Source: Paragordius varius (Eukaryota; Animalia; Nematomorpha). From it: a DNA stretch of 64,000 nucleotides. Shown here in pieces: positions 1 to 12,279 of this stretch. The stretch is taken from contig OZ176060.1 of the NCBI GenBank assembly GCA_964247055.1, forward strand, positions 496,001-560,000, given 5' to 3'. A program made the position numbers and the translations under genes. Each line of letters opens with the position of its first letter. Position 1 is the first letter of the stretch. Below the pieces are notes generated by a model. The model made no database searches and was not told the origin of the DNA. It worked only from the letters and a program-made list of their open reading frames with translations.

Positions 1-570
1 TTTACAGAAAATTTATGAAGACATATGAGCTTATCAAAAGCTTAAAATATTATCCGTTACTAGGTAAAAATTAAGGTCTTTTTTATTAGCCGTTGAGGCC
101 TTTATGCCTAAAAATAGGCCATCATAAAACAATTATTTAGTCTTGAGGTATTTTTAAATAATCCATGAGATGATGGTTTTAAAAATGTCCAAATATTTGC
201 CCTATAAAGCAAAGAATTCAGCGCTTTTGAAAAACTTAAGAGGCCATACGACTTTAATTTATACATTTCTGTGGAATTTGTATGATATCATTCTTTCCTT
301 TAAAAAAGGACCACAAATGATTTACTTTTTATATCCCTTAATCCCAACTGTGTGAACAACGAAAATGTTAAAATAATTCCAATAATAGTTGAATACTAAC
401 TTTAATAAGGGACAGTTTAAATATGGTCATTTTAGAGTCAATATTTGAGCCTATGCAAAAACCCGTAAAAGAATAATAATTTAAGACATTCTTTTGATTA
501 AATATGTTTTTTTTCATGTCCCTTACCACTATTTATTGCAAATTATTAAGTTAATTATTGAAGAGAATAT

Positions 571-593
571 GCAACGCGAAGCGGCCAGCTAGT
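571..593 (+). mobile_element. Possible Helitron-like 3' terminus (short GC hairpin followed by CTAG|T)
   Basis: GCAACGCGAAGCGGCCAGCTAG|T: CGC-GAA-GCG hairpin at 575-583, CTAG at 589-592 followed by T, in otherwise ~80% AT DNA. No 5' TC end identified. Confidence 0.4.
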
Positions 594-1461
594 TAAAAAT
601 ATATTTCTACAGAAAATGTAGTATATTTGTATTCATTACTAAAAAGATATGGAAAATAAATGTGACGTATCTTATCTATCTTTGAATGTAAATTAAACAA
701 AAGTATATGTAATGATAGAATCATAATCATATTTGTCAACCACATACTAAATTTATATTTAATTATAGCAATAAAAGTACAGTTTATTTTTTAGAAGAGA
801 TAGGTTTATTAAAATGGGCATTTAATATTAAAAATTCATTTTACATGCCAAACTTTTACTTAGCGGAAAATCACAAAATAAAGATATCCCGATTAAAATA
901 TTTTTACTATCTTTCATGCTATCTTCTAAATGTTTTTTTTAAATATTCATGTTAAAAAAGAATTAACAGATTGTTTTCTCTGATAAATAAAAACAATCAT
1001 TAGAAATATTTGCATAAAATTCTACGTTATCAAAAATAAATATTTTATATTTTTTATGATAATTATAAAAATTAATCTAAATCACAAAACATAATCAATC
1101 CGTCGTTATTATTAATAAATAAAGTTTGGTAATTGTAAAAAGTATCACTATTTAGTAAGTTCGCGTTGAAAGTAAATCAAAATTAATATGTAATATTTAT
1201 TAGTTAAATAAATTATTTAAATTATTAATAAATAAAACCGTAATTATTTAAAAATATTTAATATAACCTTCAAAGGTAAATTATAATTATATATAAAATT
1301 TAAAAATATTAAATAATTATTTTATTTTAAAATGTTTTAAACCCAAAATTAAAAATAATTTAAATATTATGAAATGAAACAACAGACGATTATATCAACA
1401 GTTTTTTTTTAAATTGTCTGTTTTTTGTTTATTCGAAAAAATATTCAAATTTATTTGAAAA

Positions 1462-3136
1462 ATGGGTATTCATATATTATCAAATACTTTCAATTAAATT
1501 TATTTATTATATCATATTTTATTTAATTATATATTTTTTGTAATAAAATGTAAAAATAATTTGTTAAAAAAAAATATATATATAAATCGTGAAAATTAAA
1601 TTCCTAATCTATTTAATGTTTTAACAAATACTCATCATAAAACATCAAGTTACCTAATCTTAATATTAATAAACGTTTTTATTAAAATAATTGGTAAAAA
1701 TATTAAATTGGGTATAATAAAATATTCTTTATCATTTTTAAAACAACTCCGCTTTTTTTGAGAAAAATATTAAATTATTTTTAAACTTTTAATTAATCTT
1801 CCATATAATAGTTGTTTCATTTGTGGGGTAAGTTGTCTTGATAAAAATAAATTTATTACTAATCCGCGACTTTCTGCAACCTTTTATTAATATTAGATAA
1901 TTTTTATTTTAAGTCAAAATTTTAGATTAAATCTAATACTGGTAAAATCCAAAAACGTACAGATATAAGGGAAAAAAATATCTAACAGCCATACTTTATA
2001 TTATAACACTAATGATTTACAAAATAGGGAATAGAGATGTAGATGAAAATATAATGAATTTAAGATATCACACATAATATTATAGTTTATGTTAAAAAGT
2101 ATTAGTTTTATAAACTATGATTATTTTATGTTTTTACACTTTGTCTGTATATTTTTAAACATTACTCTATGATTTATGTATGCATCATCATTTTATAGTA
2201 ACTTGTTATAATTTGATTGCAGATTCCTTTATTGTGTTGTTAGGATTTTTTGTTTCTTCATTGATAACTTGAGTTTTAAATTACATTTCTGAAAATTTTT
2301 TTAGATTTCGGCGACTCGACTTACAAACTTTGGTGTGATCTCGATACTAAGCTTTATAAAGTAGAACTTAAAAATCAACAAGAACAGTATATTAATCCAT
2401 GTAAACCGGCATCTTTTATTGATTTATTGGAAAATGAAGATTTTACAAACGATGATTTACGGAGAATTTGGAACGCTTCTTTCCATAACCTTTGTTATTA
2501 AAGGGAACATAAAAACGAAAATGCTCTACAAAATAATAACTTAAATAATGAAAATAAAAATGATACCAAAACCAACAAAGATACCCTAGTTATTGATTTG
2601 GTAGGAGAACAGACAGAACTTTAGATCTTTCTCTGAAAAAATCACCAAAAAATGTAAAAGATATAAGCTCGGTATGTTCAAACATTGATGCCAGTAACAT
2701 AAGCTTGAATGATATTAACAAGCTATTTGATGAGAGTAACAAAACAAAACCTATTGGATCTTTAAACACTTCAAAAGTGGGTAATAATAATCGATGTATT
2801 CAATGTGATAAAATTTATAAGGATAAAAGCCATCTGGCCACACATGTTCGTTCTATTCATGAACAGGTTAAATATTTGTGCAAAATTTGTTCAAAAATAT
2901 TTTCTAACAAAGGCATTGCTAGGCACATTAAGTCGGTTCATGAGAAAATTAAACATGAATAGTCCGATTTGTAAAATTAATTTTTCTCAAAAAGGCTATC
3001 TTGGAACACATATTCAAGCTGTTCACAGAAAAATTAAACATGAATGTCCGATTTGTAAAAAGGAAAATACAAAAAAAAAGCAGTCTCAGCCATATTAAAA
3101 ATGTACATAAATGAACACGTAATTCAACATATATGA
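1462..3136 (+). pseudogene. C2H2 zinc-finger family paralog ZF1 (N-domain + PLDLS region + ~4 fingers), disrupted
   Basis: Exon 1 ends ATG-G (1462-1465) with GT donor at 1466. Acceptor TTTTTAG ends at 2304. Exon 2 reads DFGDSTYKLWCDLDTKLYKVELKNQQE. TAA in place of Leu (CY*), 1-nt loss in the EPLDLS codons and an extra base in HEC. Fingers CIQC..HVRSIH and CKIC..HIKSVH lie in ORF 2705-2962; later fingers are in ORF 2805-3098. Confidence 0.85.
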
Positions 3137-5084
3137 TAATTATAAAAAATAATGTTTAAATATCCATTTCTCAAATAAAAAATGTAGAGTTTCATATTAT
3201 TTTATGAAGAGGTTTTGCAAAAAGCATCGTTAAAGATATTTGGAATGCTTTTTGACCGGTCTGTTCTGGAGTTTTTTGTAGATTAAAAATATACAAATTC
3301 GAATATAAAAAAAGTTTAAATAATAGATCCTAATAGTTAATAACCATTTATATTTACACTTTTTGTATTTTCACCTCTTAACTTCTTTTATGCGACAACT
3401 TTTTTTCGTGTACTGCCATTATAAATAAAATTTATTTTTAGCTTTTCGAAATAGATTATGGAAAAACAGTACTTAATTTATAAATTAAATATTATTTGCC
3501 GATATTACATAAAATACTGTTTTTAAACGTTTTAGCTCGATTATTTAATGAAATTGCTTAAATATTTAAACACAGCTTTTTTCAAATGTATACCTTATAT
3601 ATTTTAAATAATATTAAATTTTTAACTTTTATACAAATAGAGATTGATAAACTTAAAATTATAAAAATATAATTTTGTGTAAAATAGATGGCGTGCATTT
3701 ATCTTTTTATTTTACTATTTTCTTTAACAAATATAGAGAAACCACACTAGACAACATTTGTTTCTTGAGTTTATTTATAAACTATATAATATATTTTTAA
3801 AAATTTTATTTTAAAACTTAATTAGTTGTAAATAACTAAGGTTTGGTGAAATCGTTCACCTTTTTAATAGAATCATACTTTAATTTTTATTTCAATAAAC
3901 AAATATATTATCATAAAAATGGAATAATTCGGTTTTCATTAAATAAGTAAATAGCCTGCTTATAAGAATATTTCTGTAATTTTTGACTAATTATTTATGG
4001 TAATTTTTTATGCTTAGCAATATATAATAATTGGCCAAATTTTAAATTATACACTGTTTAAATTTGCAAACACATTCCAATTTTTTTTGTAAAAATGTAA
4101 GGACACCTTGATATCAACCTCCCACCATTTTTTTATAATCAAAATTAAAAAATTATCCATCACTTTAACGATCAATTGTATAATTTTCAGTTTTTTTATT
4201 ATATTTGATGGTTAACGTTTATATAATATAACCTTTTTTAAAATAATATAGGCATCAATAACGTAATAAAATGTTTTTCAGTGTAGTACAGTGGTTAAAT
4301 AACCTAAATATTATATTTCAATGTATGAAATATTGGTGAAACAATTAACTATATATTTAATAATTGTAATTAAATAATTTACATGATGATTTGTCTTTAT
4401 GTGGCGTTTTTTTACTTTTTTTACGTCATTGTTGTTTTTAGCCATGAAAAGTAAAAAGGAATGGTAAAATGTTAATAATTTTGAAGTGTTTTATTAAGAA
4501 AGAAGACAAAATTTTAACCTTCATTTTCGCAAAAGATATGTTTTAATTGAAACTTAAGCGATTAGATATAAATTAGTATCAATTTTTTATAAATTTCTAA
4601 TCATTTAGCTCCTCATGTACCAAATAAAAAATATGGATTTATAAAATTTTGATTTTTGTAACTTGTATGGAAATCAAACAATCTAACATTTATACGGAAA
4701 AATAATGGGTGGGGTGATAAAAATTTTTTTTTGACTTGACTTGCAAGTTTTTCAAGTCATGGCTTGCTTTCATGTGATAAAAAAAATTAAAGGGCACTTA
4801 AGTCAAGCAAGAAAACTTGAACAGGAGGTGATAAAAAATCATATGATTAAGAAAAACTTAAAGATATTGCAAGTGTGGTATAGGTAAGGTGACCAGATAT
4901 TTTGAAGGAAAAAGCGGGACAAATCTGAAAAGGGGGGTCCAACCAAAAAAATTTTATACAAAAAATTTATTGTAATATTTATTTATTTTTAACACAAATA
5001 CATTATAAATATAAAAAAATTTGTACCCTACAGGTTTTTGTACCTTATTCAATAAATTTACATTGCACGAACAAAGGGTGAAGT

Positions 5085-5800
5085 GATTGTAATATTCTAG
5101 AAAAATAAGACGAAATCATCACAAAGTGCGCTTGATGCAAGAAGCGGCACAAAATTTTTTTTAACAATTTAGCGAATAATCTTAATCAAAACATTATTGG
5201 TAGATCAACGCTATCTAAACAGCTACTGATTTGTTACCCCTGGATGTGGAAAATATAGATGTTTAAATGCTTGGATATTGTAGAACTGTTGGCTAGTTCT
5301 TTTGCCAGCGATTGAAATATATATGAAAATGTGATCTCCTAGAATCCTATTTTTTATCACAGGACAAAGGTCAAAATTCCAAGTCACAAAATGTTAAAAT
5401 AATTTTTTACCATTACCTAACATAAAGCATCCAAAAAAGCAAGCATTGAATAGCTAGAATATAAAAATGTTTTATACAAACAGAAACGATTATTTGGAAG
5501 ACAAGACGGTGCACAATGACACTTTTTATGAAATCTCATTATTAAATAAATATATTGAATGAAAACTTATATTATGGACAACAGAAAAAAATACGTAGGA
5601 TAGAAATGGTTAAAATAATCATTGTTAAACAAATTATGTTCCATACAATAATATTTTAATTGTAGAATTTGCATTATCTTTACCTGAACCACTGCTATTG
5701 AACACGTACAGTAAATTAAGTAAGGACACGGAATCAAATTTAAATGTTGAATAAAAGCCATTTTATGTGTTCATAAATTTAACAATTAAGTAATTTTGTT
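5085..5800 (+). pseudogene. Inverted, internally deleted second copy of the hAT transposase inside the same element
   Basis: Plus-strand blocks match the minus-strand transposase. 5181-5200 vs 6914-6933 (LNQNIIG). 5345-5368 vs 6679-6702 (24 nt identical, SYFLSQDK). 5662-5686 vs 6052-6076 (VEFALSLP). 5732-5751 vs 5972-5991 (20 nt identical, SNLNVE). Confidence 0.85.
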
Positions 5801-5842
5801 TATTTTTTAACATAAAAACTTTTATAAATATAAGAAAATATT

Positions 5843-7666
5843 TTATTCTTTGGTAAATTTTTTGTTTGAGTGAATGCGTTTTAGCAGATTGTCATCATTT
5901 TTTAAAATATGGTAGAAGTCTTCACAAGAATTTGTCAAATTATATTTGACAGATAAAATGGCCTTCAAAGTTTCAACATTTAAATTTGATTTTTCCGATG
6001 TCCACACCTGATTTACTGTGGAAAAAACGCGCTCAGTAGCACCGTTGGTTCCAGGTAAAGATAGTGCGAATTCCACAATTTTTAAAATAGTATTGTATGT
6101 AATATAGTTGGCTTCAAAATGATGAAATATTTCCAACCATTTCTTTTCTACTGTATATTTTTTTTTGTCCATAATTTAAGTTTTACATTATTAATATATC
6201 TTTTAACTAATGATACTTCAGAGAAAAGATCATTTTCTGAAAGATCACTTTTTGAGATTTTTTTGGAGCAGATATAATCAAATGATTTTTGAACATCGCA
6301 CCAATTAAATTCTGATTTTAATGTTATCCAATGAAAATGATCAATTTCATTGAATTGCGTCGTCCAGTCTTCCAAATAAACTTTACAGTTTGTATAAAAT
6401 TTTTTATATGGTACAGGATATCTTGGCGATTTATTAAGCCTTGTTTTTCTAAATTATTTATTGTATTGCGGATGGTTAATGGAGTAAAATTATTTTCTAA
6501 CCGTTCTTGACATTGGAATTTCAGGTTACTAACTTCATTGGCTACTTCGACTGCCGAAATTTTGTCACCTTCAATAAATTTAATAACATTTTGAAAGAGA
6601 GAAGCTTGATTATGTAAGAATTTTAACCATATTTTAGAAGAATCACTTTCAAAAAACTTTTTTTAAAGTTGTAGGACATTTGTCCTGTGATAAAAAATAG
6701 GATATTAAAGGATCGATCATACATTTATAAAATTCTTTCGCTGGCATAAAAGCTAAGCAACGAGTTTTACTATATCCAAGAAGCGTCTCAACACGCACCG
6801 TGTATATATAAAAATAGGAATATATTTTAACAACTACATTTTCCACATCTAAGGGTAACAAATCAGCAGCTGTTTGAATAGCGTTGTATATTATATGCGC
6901 TGCACACCCAACGCCAATAATGTTTTGATTGAGATAATCTGTTAATTTATGAAGAATATTTTTTGTTCCTCTTCTTCCTTTTCCACCAAAGTTCGTATTG
7001 GTGTTGTCAGCGCAATATGAGATAATTTTGTCTTTTAAATTATTTTTTTCTAGAATATGCATTATTGAAGTAAATATTATTTCAGAATTTTCACCGGGTA
7101 GGGAAATTAAATCTAAAATTTTAATTTTTACTCCGGTTTCTGAATCAAAATATCATATCAAAGTAGGAAATAATTTTGTTTCATGGTGATTTGAAGCATA
7201 GAGTCTAGGGAAAGAAATTAATTTTTAGCAAATCTTTTTGTATTTCAGAAAAAGCATATGGCGAAAAAACATTGCACACAATGGCTTCAGCCTTTGTACG
7301 GGCGCATGTAATTTTTTTTTGAATAACGTGCGAATAACCTGTGAGGTACAATCCATTGAACGAAATGAATGGCATGCGTGAAAGGAAAACACGCCCTCAG
7401 CAAGTGCTAAATTCTTTTCTTGCTCTCCAAAAGCGGTTTTTCGAAATAAATCGCTCATCTTGTGAGATGATGCCGTTATAATTAAACATTTTTGATGTTT
7501 CTGTGTATCAATATGCTTTGTAATGTCATGTTTGCCGCCATGTGCCAGGATGATTTCCCCATCGCATATAAAACATTTAACAGACGATTCATTCTTCGTT
7601 TTTTTTATTGAAAGGAAAATCTTTCATTAATTTATCATTGAATTTCCAGCCTCTTTTTGTGTTCAT
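5843..7666 (-). pseudogene. hAT transposase, frameshifted into several ORF fragments
   Basis: N-terminal BED-like CFICDGEIILAHGGKHDITKHIDTQKH (~7500-7590), AEGVFSFH...SFRSMDCTS, catalytic-region YCADNTNTNFGG, CAAH (CxxH), LLGYSKTRC (TRW variant), and C-terminal dimerisation motif LSLPGTNGATERVFS. Confidence 0.92.
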
Positions 7667-7683
7667 ATTTATAAACTACTATC

Positions 7684-7853
7684 AGTATAATAAATGTTAT
7701 ATTACCTTAATTTCTGGAAAAAGCGTGTAAGGTATCGATTTGTAATATTAATTTGAATTTTTTATAATGTTGGCAAGTTTTAAAACTAAATATTAGTATA
7801 ATAAATGTTATATTACCTTAATTTTCCGGAAAAAGCGTGTAAGGTATCGATTT
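7684..7853 (+). repeat. ~58-bp direct repeat (2 copies) upstream of the hAT transposase start
   Basis: AGTATAATAAATGTTATATTACCTTAATTT..GGAAAAAGCGTGTAAGGTATCGATTT at ~7685-7740 and ~7795-7853. Confidence 0.85.
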
Positions 7854-9259
7854 ATGGTTTCAATTTGACTTTTAATCTAGTAACTTGGCTTTTTGATATT
7901 AATGACAGTAGTAGCAAAAAGGAAAGTGTATAATCATATGATATAAATTCGAATAAATATTTTTAATTTAAAAATAAAAAATTTTAATTTAAAATAAAAA
8001 AAAATTATTTGTATTAAAAAAAATTTTTTTTTATATAATCATGAAAAAGCGGGACATTTTATAAACGTAGCGGGAGGCGGGACAAAGTGTGAAAATGCGG
8101 GACTGTCCCGCCAAAAGCGGGACGTCTGGTCACCTTAGGTATAGGGCACACTTGACATATACAAAAACTTGGAAAAATATATTTTGGTAACTTTTTATGT
8201 ATATAATTTAGGTTTTATATGTAATTAGAACCTTTGATCTGTTTATCTCATAATTTTGGCTATTTTACATATTCAAAATGGTTGGATACAGAAGAAAATA
8301 AAATGTTTGGAAAAACTGTATAAAACTTTTTTAAATAGAAATTAAAGTATCCTGTTATAATTTCTGTGAACTCTTATAGTGAACATATGCAAAATCACAA
8401 GTTTGTTTTTAATTTATTTAATAGAAACTAATCCCAATCCGGGTTAAGTTTTTTAGTTTCATCAAAGTTTATCATGAGGATGCAGTAGACCCACGTCGCT
8501 AATGTTTATAGGAAACGTCTCATGCTACCTTTCACACCAGAATGCATCAATGACAGCCAATTGTTGTTTGGATATGGGTTGACTTATAGGCATAATTTTG
8601 TAAATATACTTGTATGTAATTAAATGATAATAAAGTCTTTTCAGCTATATGCTATATATTTTTATGAATGGTTCAGTTTTATGGTATTTAATAACATTCT
8701 TTAAAGCACAACATATATAAATTTTAGACGACTTTAACCGAAGTATATACTTATTTATCATGTTAAAAGATATATTATTCGTTTAATACTATTTTTTCGA
8801 GCATTTAAGTTTAATAAGTTTTGTGTTAACGTCTATTCATTTTTATGTTTCTTGAGTTTAATTAAAAATCAAGTTGGCATCGATTAAAATTTTTCAATTA
8901 TTAAATCAATTTTTCCTAGACTAGAAGCACTATCGATTTTATATTTTTAATAAAAATTTAATTTTGGCCAAAAATATTCAAAACTTTCCTTTTCGAGAAC
9001 GTGCTAATATGCCGCATTCGTATAAAATTTAATATCTTCTAAACTATAAATTCCACTTGTGATTTCGCTTCTATGATATACCGCATTTATATAATTACTC
9101 TGATTTTGCATATGCACCTAATTTTTTTATATTATTTATTCCTTATAGGTCAAAATCCATTTATCTATATATAAACTACAATTGTTACTACGATTCTTTA
9201 TTTTAAACTTGATATTAATGGTATGTAACAAAAAATGTTAACTTTATTTTATATTATAG

Positions 9260-9422
9260 GTACTCCGTGCCCCAATCACCTACAATTAAATAATATATCA
9301 AGAAGCAAGAAAATATCTCAAGACACGATAGCTAACATGCAATTTAAAGTTTGGAATTACATTATGAAGTGTTACTGCTTCAAAAAGAAGTTTTACCTCT
9401 AGAAAAATACAAACTTCAATAA
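9260..9422 (+). pseudogene. Possible last exon of the Harbinger second (Myb/SANT-type) ORF, convergent with the transposase
   Basis: TATAG acceptor-like site at ~9259, then a frameshifted coiled-coil-like LHYEVLLLQKEVLPLEKYKLQ*. Orientation fits two-gene Harbinger elements. No Myb domain recognised. Confidence 0.3.
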
Positions 9423-9480
9423 TTTTAATTCATAGTATCAATTTATTTTATATTTATAATCAATGTGAATTTATAATAAA

Positions 9481-10092
9481 TTATATGCGTTTAATATATT
9501 CACTATATTATCTCGTTTTTGTCGCCCTGAGATTCTTTCGTCTCTCAGAGCACTATCACTATCCGCATTGTCTTCATCATCATTAATATTATTAGTACAA
9601 TCGATAAGCCATGTTATATAAAACGGCGCAACTTACAATAATATTAATTGCGGTATCACGGACTCTCATTTTATTATGCAATAATGGAAACCGGCGTTTG
9701 AGTTGACCAAATAGTCTTTCAATGACTACTCTCTCTTTGGTGTGGAATGCAATGAATTTAGTTTGTAATGAGCAATGTCACAGATTTTTCCCGCCACTTT
9801 AGATATGTTTTAGCTAAGGTGGATTGTTCTACACCAAAATCATTCACGGCCCAACTCTGAAACCCGGGGTCGCTAAACGGAGGAATATCTCCACACATAA
9901 TCTGGGTGAAAGTGCGCCACTACTTTTTTCATTAATATCATTAGGGAAAATTTGTGAAGTTATAAAATCGATGCTTTCATCATTACTTAACAAACGTTTC
10001 ATATGTTGCAGCTCTATTTTTTTGCGCTCCGATTTGTTTCTAAAATTGTTCATGTACATTTGTTTACTGTAATCAGATAACAAACACAACAT
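9481..10092 (-). pseudogene. HARBI1/DDE_Tnp_4-like transposase relic with internal deletion
   Basis: Across frames: ALSPRLCVEIFLRLATPGF/QSWAVNDFGVEQSTLAKT (HTH region) and KFIAFHTKERVVIERLFGQLKRRFPLLHNKMRVRDTAINIIVSCAVLYN (third catalytic E and C-terminal motif). The DxD middle is missing. Confidence 0.85.
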
Positions 10093-11180
10093 AAATTATA
10101 ATAATGGAAGGATATTTTTAAAAATCTATAGTCTAAGGTTATATATATATTTTCAAAAAAAATTAACCTTAATTAATGAATCTACAGGATTAATAACGAC
10201 AAAATTGTTTAGGGTACGTCCTATTAAAGTAGATACGTTTTTTAACGTGCAACAATCTATATTAATATACAAATATTTTTACTTGATTTAGGTAAATTGT
10301 TTTTTATAGATATCACCTGTTATTCCGTGATTAATGAGTTAAATACAATATTATATATCGCCCCTCAATTATCCTAAACCTTTGGTTAGATTTTTTAAGT
10401 ACATTTGTTATTTCGTGAGACTGGTATTGCTTATTGAATAATTAAGATATATGCTATAATTATATATGTATTATTATAACTGTATTATGTTAAACTTGTT
10501 GTAAAATAATATAAGAGTGTTTGAAGGGCGAAAAATTTCATCATCTAAAAATCATAGGTACCGGGTTGTATTTTTAAAAAATCTTAATATTTATAATTTT
10601 AACATACCTGACTTTGAGTTTAACTTCAATAAATGCATATTGTATTGGTTGTTTATTTTTTTGTTGCCTAAATCAATAAATTTCGTTGTAAATTTTCAAA
10701 ATATTCCCCGCATAATTTGAATTGGGTGGTAAAAAAAAGTTACATTCATAAGCAAAAAACTTGACTTAAGTGTTTTTTTTATCACCGATCTTGAAGTGTA
10801 CACTTACTGGCTTAAGTAATCTTGCTCAACTTGCCACGCTTGGCTTACAAGTCAAGTGCGACTTTTTTATCACCCCACCCAATATTCAATATCATTTAAA
10901 TAGTTTTTACATAGAGTAAATATTGAAAATATACGGATAAAATGTAAAAACATAAAACAACCATAATCTTTCAAACATTGATTTTTCCCCAATAAATTGT
11001 TTAGTTATAACTTATAAAATAGTGTGTTTTACTTCCTTATACCAAAAACGATAAAGATTCAAAATGTTTAAATTTAAAAAAGTATGTTTGTCTTGAAAAT
11101 AAATTTGTCTATATATGTTTACTATTTGCCCGTACAATTTTTACAATTAAAAAAGTACTAATTGTATCCCTATATATGTA

Positions 11181-11442
11181 CAGTAAAAACTAAAATTATA
11201 CGGACAAAACGTAATATAAACAAATTTTGATCACAAGACATAAGCTTCATTTTTGTAAATATAACTCTTCGTTTTAAATTGCATATTATAGAATTGATAT
11301 CTATATTGGTGACACAATTAATTATATATATAATTGTAATTATATAATTTGTATGGGAATAATTAATGTTTGAAAAAGTATGGTTTCTTTTGGAAAAAAT
11401 CTTTATATTTAACGTTTTGTCTGTGTAATTTCGGTTTTTTTG
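11181..11442. mobile_element. Tc1/mariner-pogo-like MITE (~260 bp)
   Basis: TA|CAGTAAAAACTAAAATTATACGGACAAAACG ... CGTTTTGTCTGTGTAATTTCGGTTTTTTTG|TA. Reverse-complement paralog at 47901-48164. Confidence 0.75.
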
Positions 11443-11959
11443 TATATGCACCTTTTTATATATTATTTCGGGAAACAAAAAGAGAGAATAAGTTTTTATT
11501 GTCATATAACTTACGGAGGGGCACATAGCCCGCTAATATCCTACCTAGCTGGGTTGTGGGTTTTTAATTATAATTTTGGTGATTAACAAATATTTATTTA
11601 TAGGAAAAAATTTATCTAGGCGATTTCAATACGATCATAGGATATGGTCTTATTTTATATAATTTATAATTATGAATATATATTTTCTTCATAAAAGTTG
11701 GAAAAATGCATATAAACTCCTTATAACAAGGGAATATTTATTTAATTATTAGTAAGTTAAGTTTATGCCAAGAGCTTAAATTTGTAACATTAACCTAAAA
11801 AAATTATGCCATCTAATTAATGGAATAATTTGGTCCTGCTATTATATGAAATATGCTAATTGGCTTTTTATTCATTATATTTCTTGCTTGATTAATATTA
11901 ATGTCACTTTATTATTTTTTAATTAATAATTCAATATAATTGATGAATCTAGGATTCAT

Positions 11960-12200
11960 AACCTTATGATAAAAATAAAATTATTCAACATATCTAATAG
12001 GCCTAACAGCAAAAACCAAAACCCTTGATATCTTTTTTAGAAGAACAGACGGTTCCTTTATAAACATCGTAAATATCCAAGTTCAATTTGTTAAAAAGAA
12101 TTTTCTCATAAAGTAAGACGAGCATTAAATCTGTTTATAAAAATTCAATATGAATGTCAAGTCAATTTAATGTATAAATTGATTATTTTCTTAAACAAAC
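11960..12200 (+). pseudogene. Highly degenerate relic of the zinc-finger family
   Basis: AGAAGAACAGACGGTTCCT aligns with GGAGAACAGACAGAACCT (GEQTEP). CATTAAATCTGTTTATAAAAATTCAATATGAATGTC resembles the HIKSVHEKIKHEC codons. Confidence 0.5.
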
Positions 12201-12279
12201 ATTTTATTGAAAAAGGAGGTTATATAGAAGGTTTACACAAAATATTACATCAATCAACTTCATTAATTCAAATGTGAAG

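Larger units (their letters stand above)
4885..8137 (-). mobile_element. hAT DNA transposon, Blackjack-like termini, 3253 bp
   Basis: Perfect 13-bp TIR TAAGGTGACCAGA (4885-4897) / TCTGGTCACCTTA (8125-8137). Identical 8-bp TSD GGTATAGG (4877-4884 and 8138-8145). Clustered subterminal CGGGAC motifs at 8049-8123 and 4915. Confidence 0.95.
4707..10880. mobile_element. PIF/Harbinger-superfamily DNA transposon (defective), interrupted by a nested hAT
   Basis: TIR GGGTGGGGTGATAAAAA at 4707 and TTTTTATCACCCCACCC ending at 10880. AAT lies on both flanks. The paralogous empty site at ~48450-48470 (minus) reads CGGAAAAAT-AAT-ATTCAA, confirming a 3-bp TSD. Subterminal GTGATAAAAA and CTTGACTT repeats. 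HARBI1-like transposase remnants inside. Confidence 0.85.

Noticed and set aside
11170-11526. 118-aa minus-strand ORF and similar Ile/Phe/Lys-rich ORFs (170, 10517, 17961, 23602, 28860, 30560, 31417, 32481, 41436, 42319, 45347, 60185)
   Set aside because: They overlap MITEs or AT-rich duplicated DNA, are not open in paralogous copies and have no recognisable domains.
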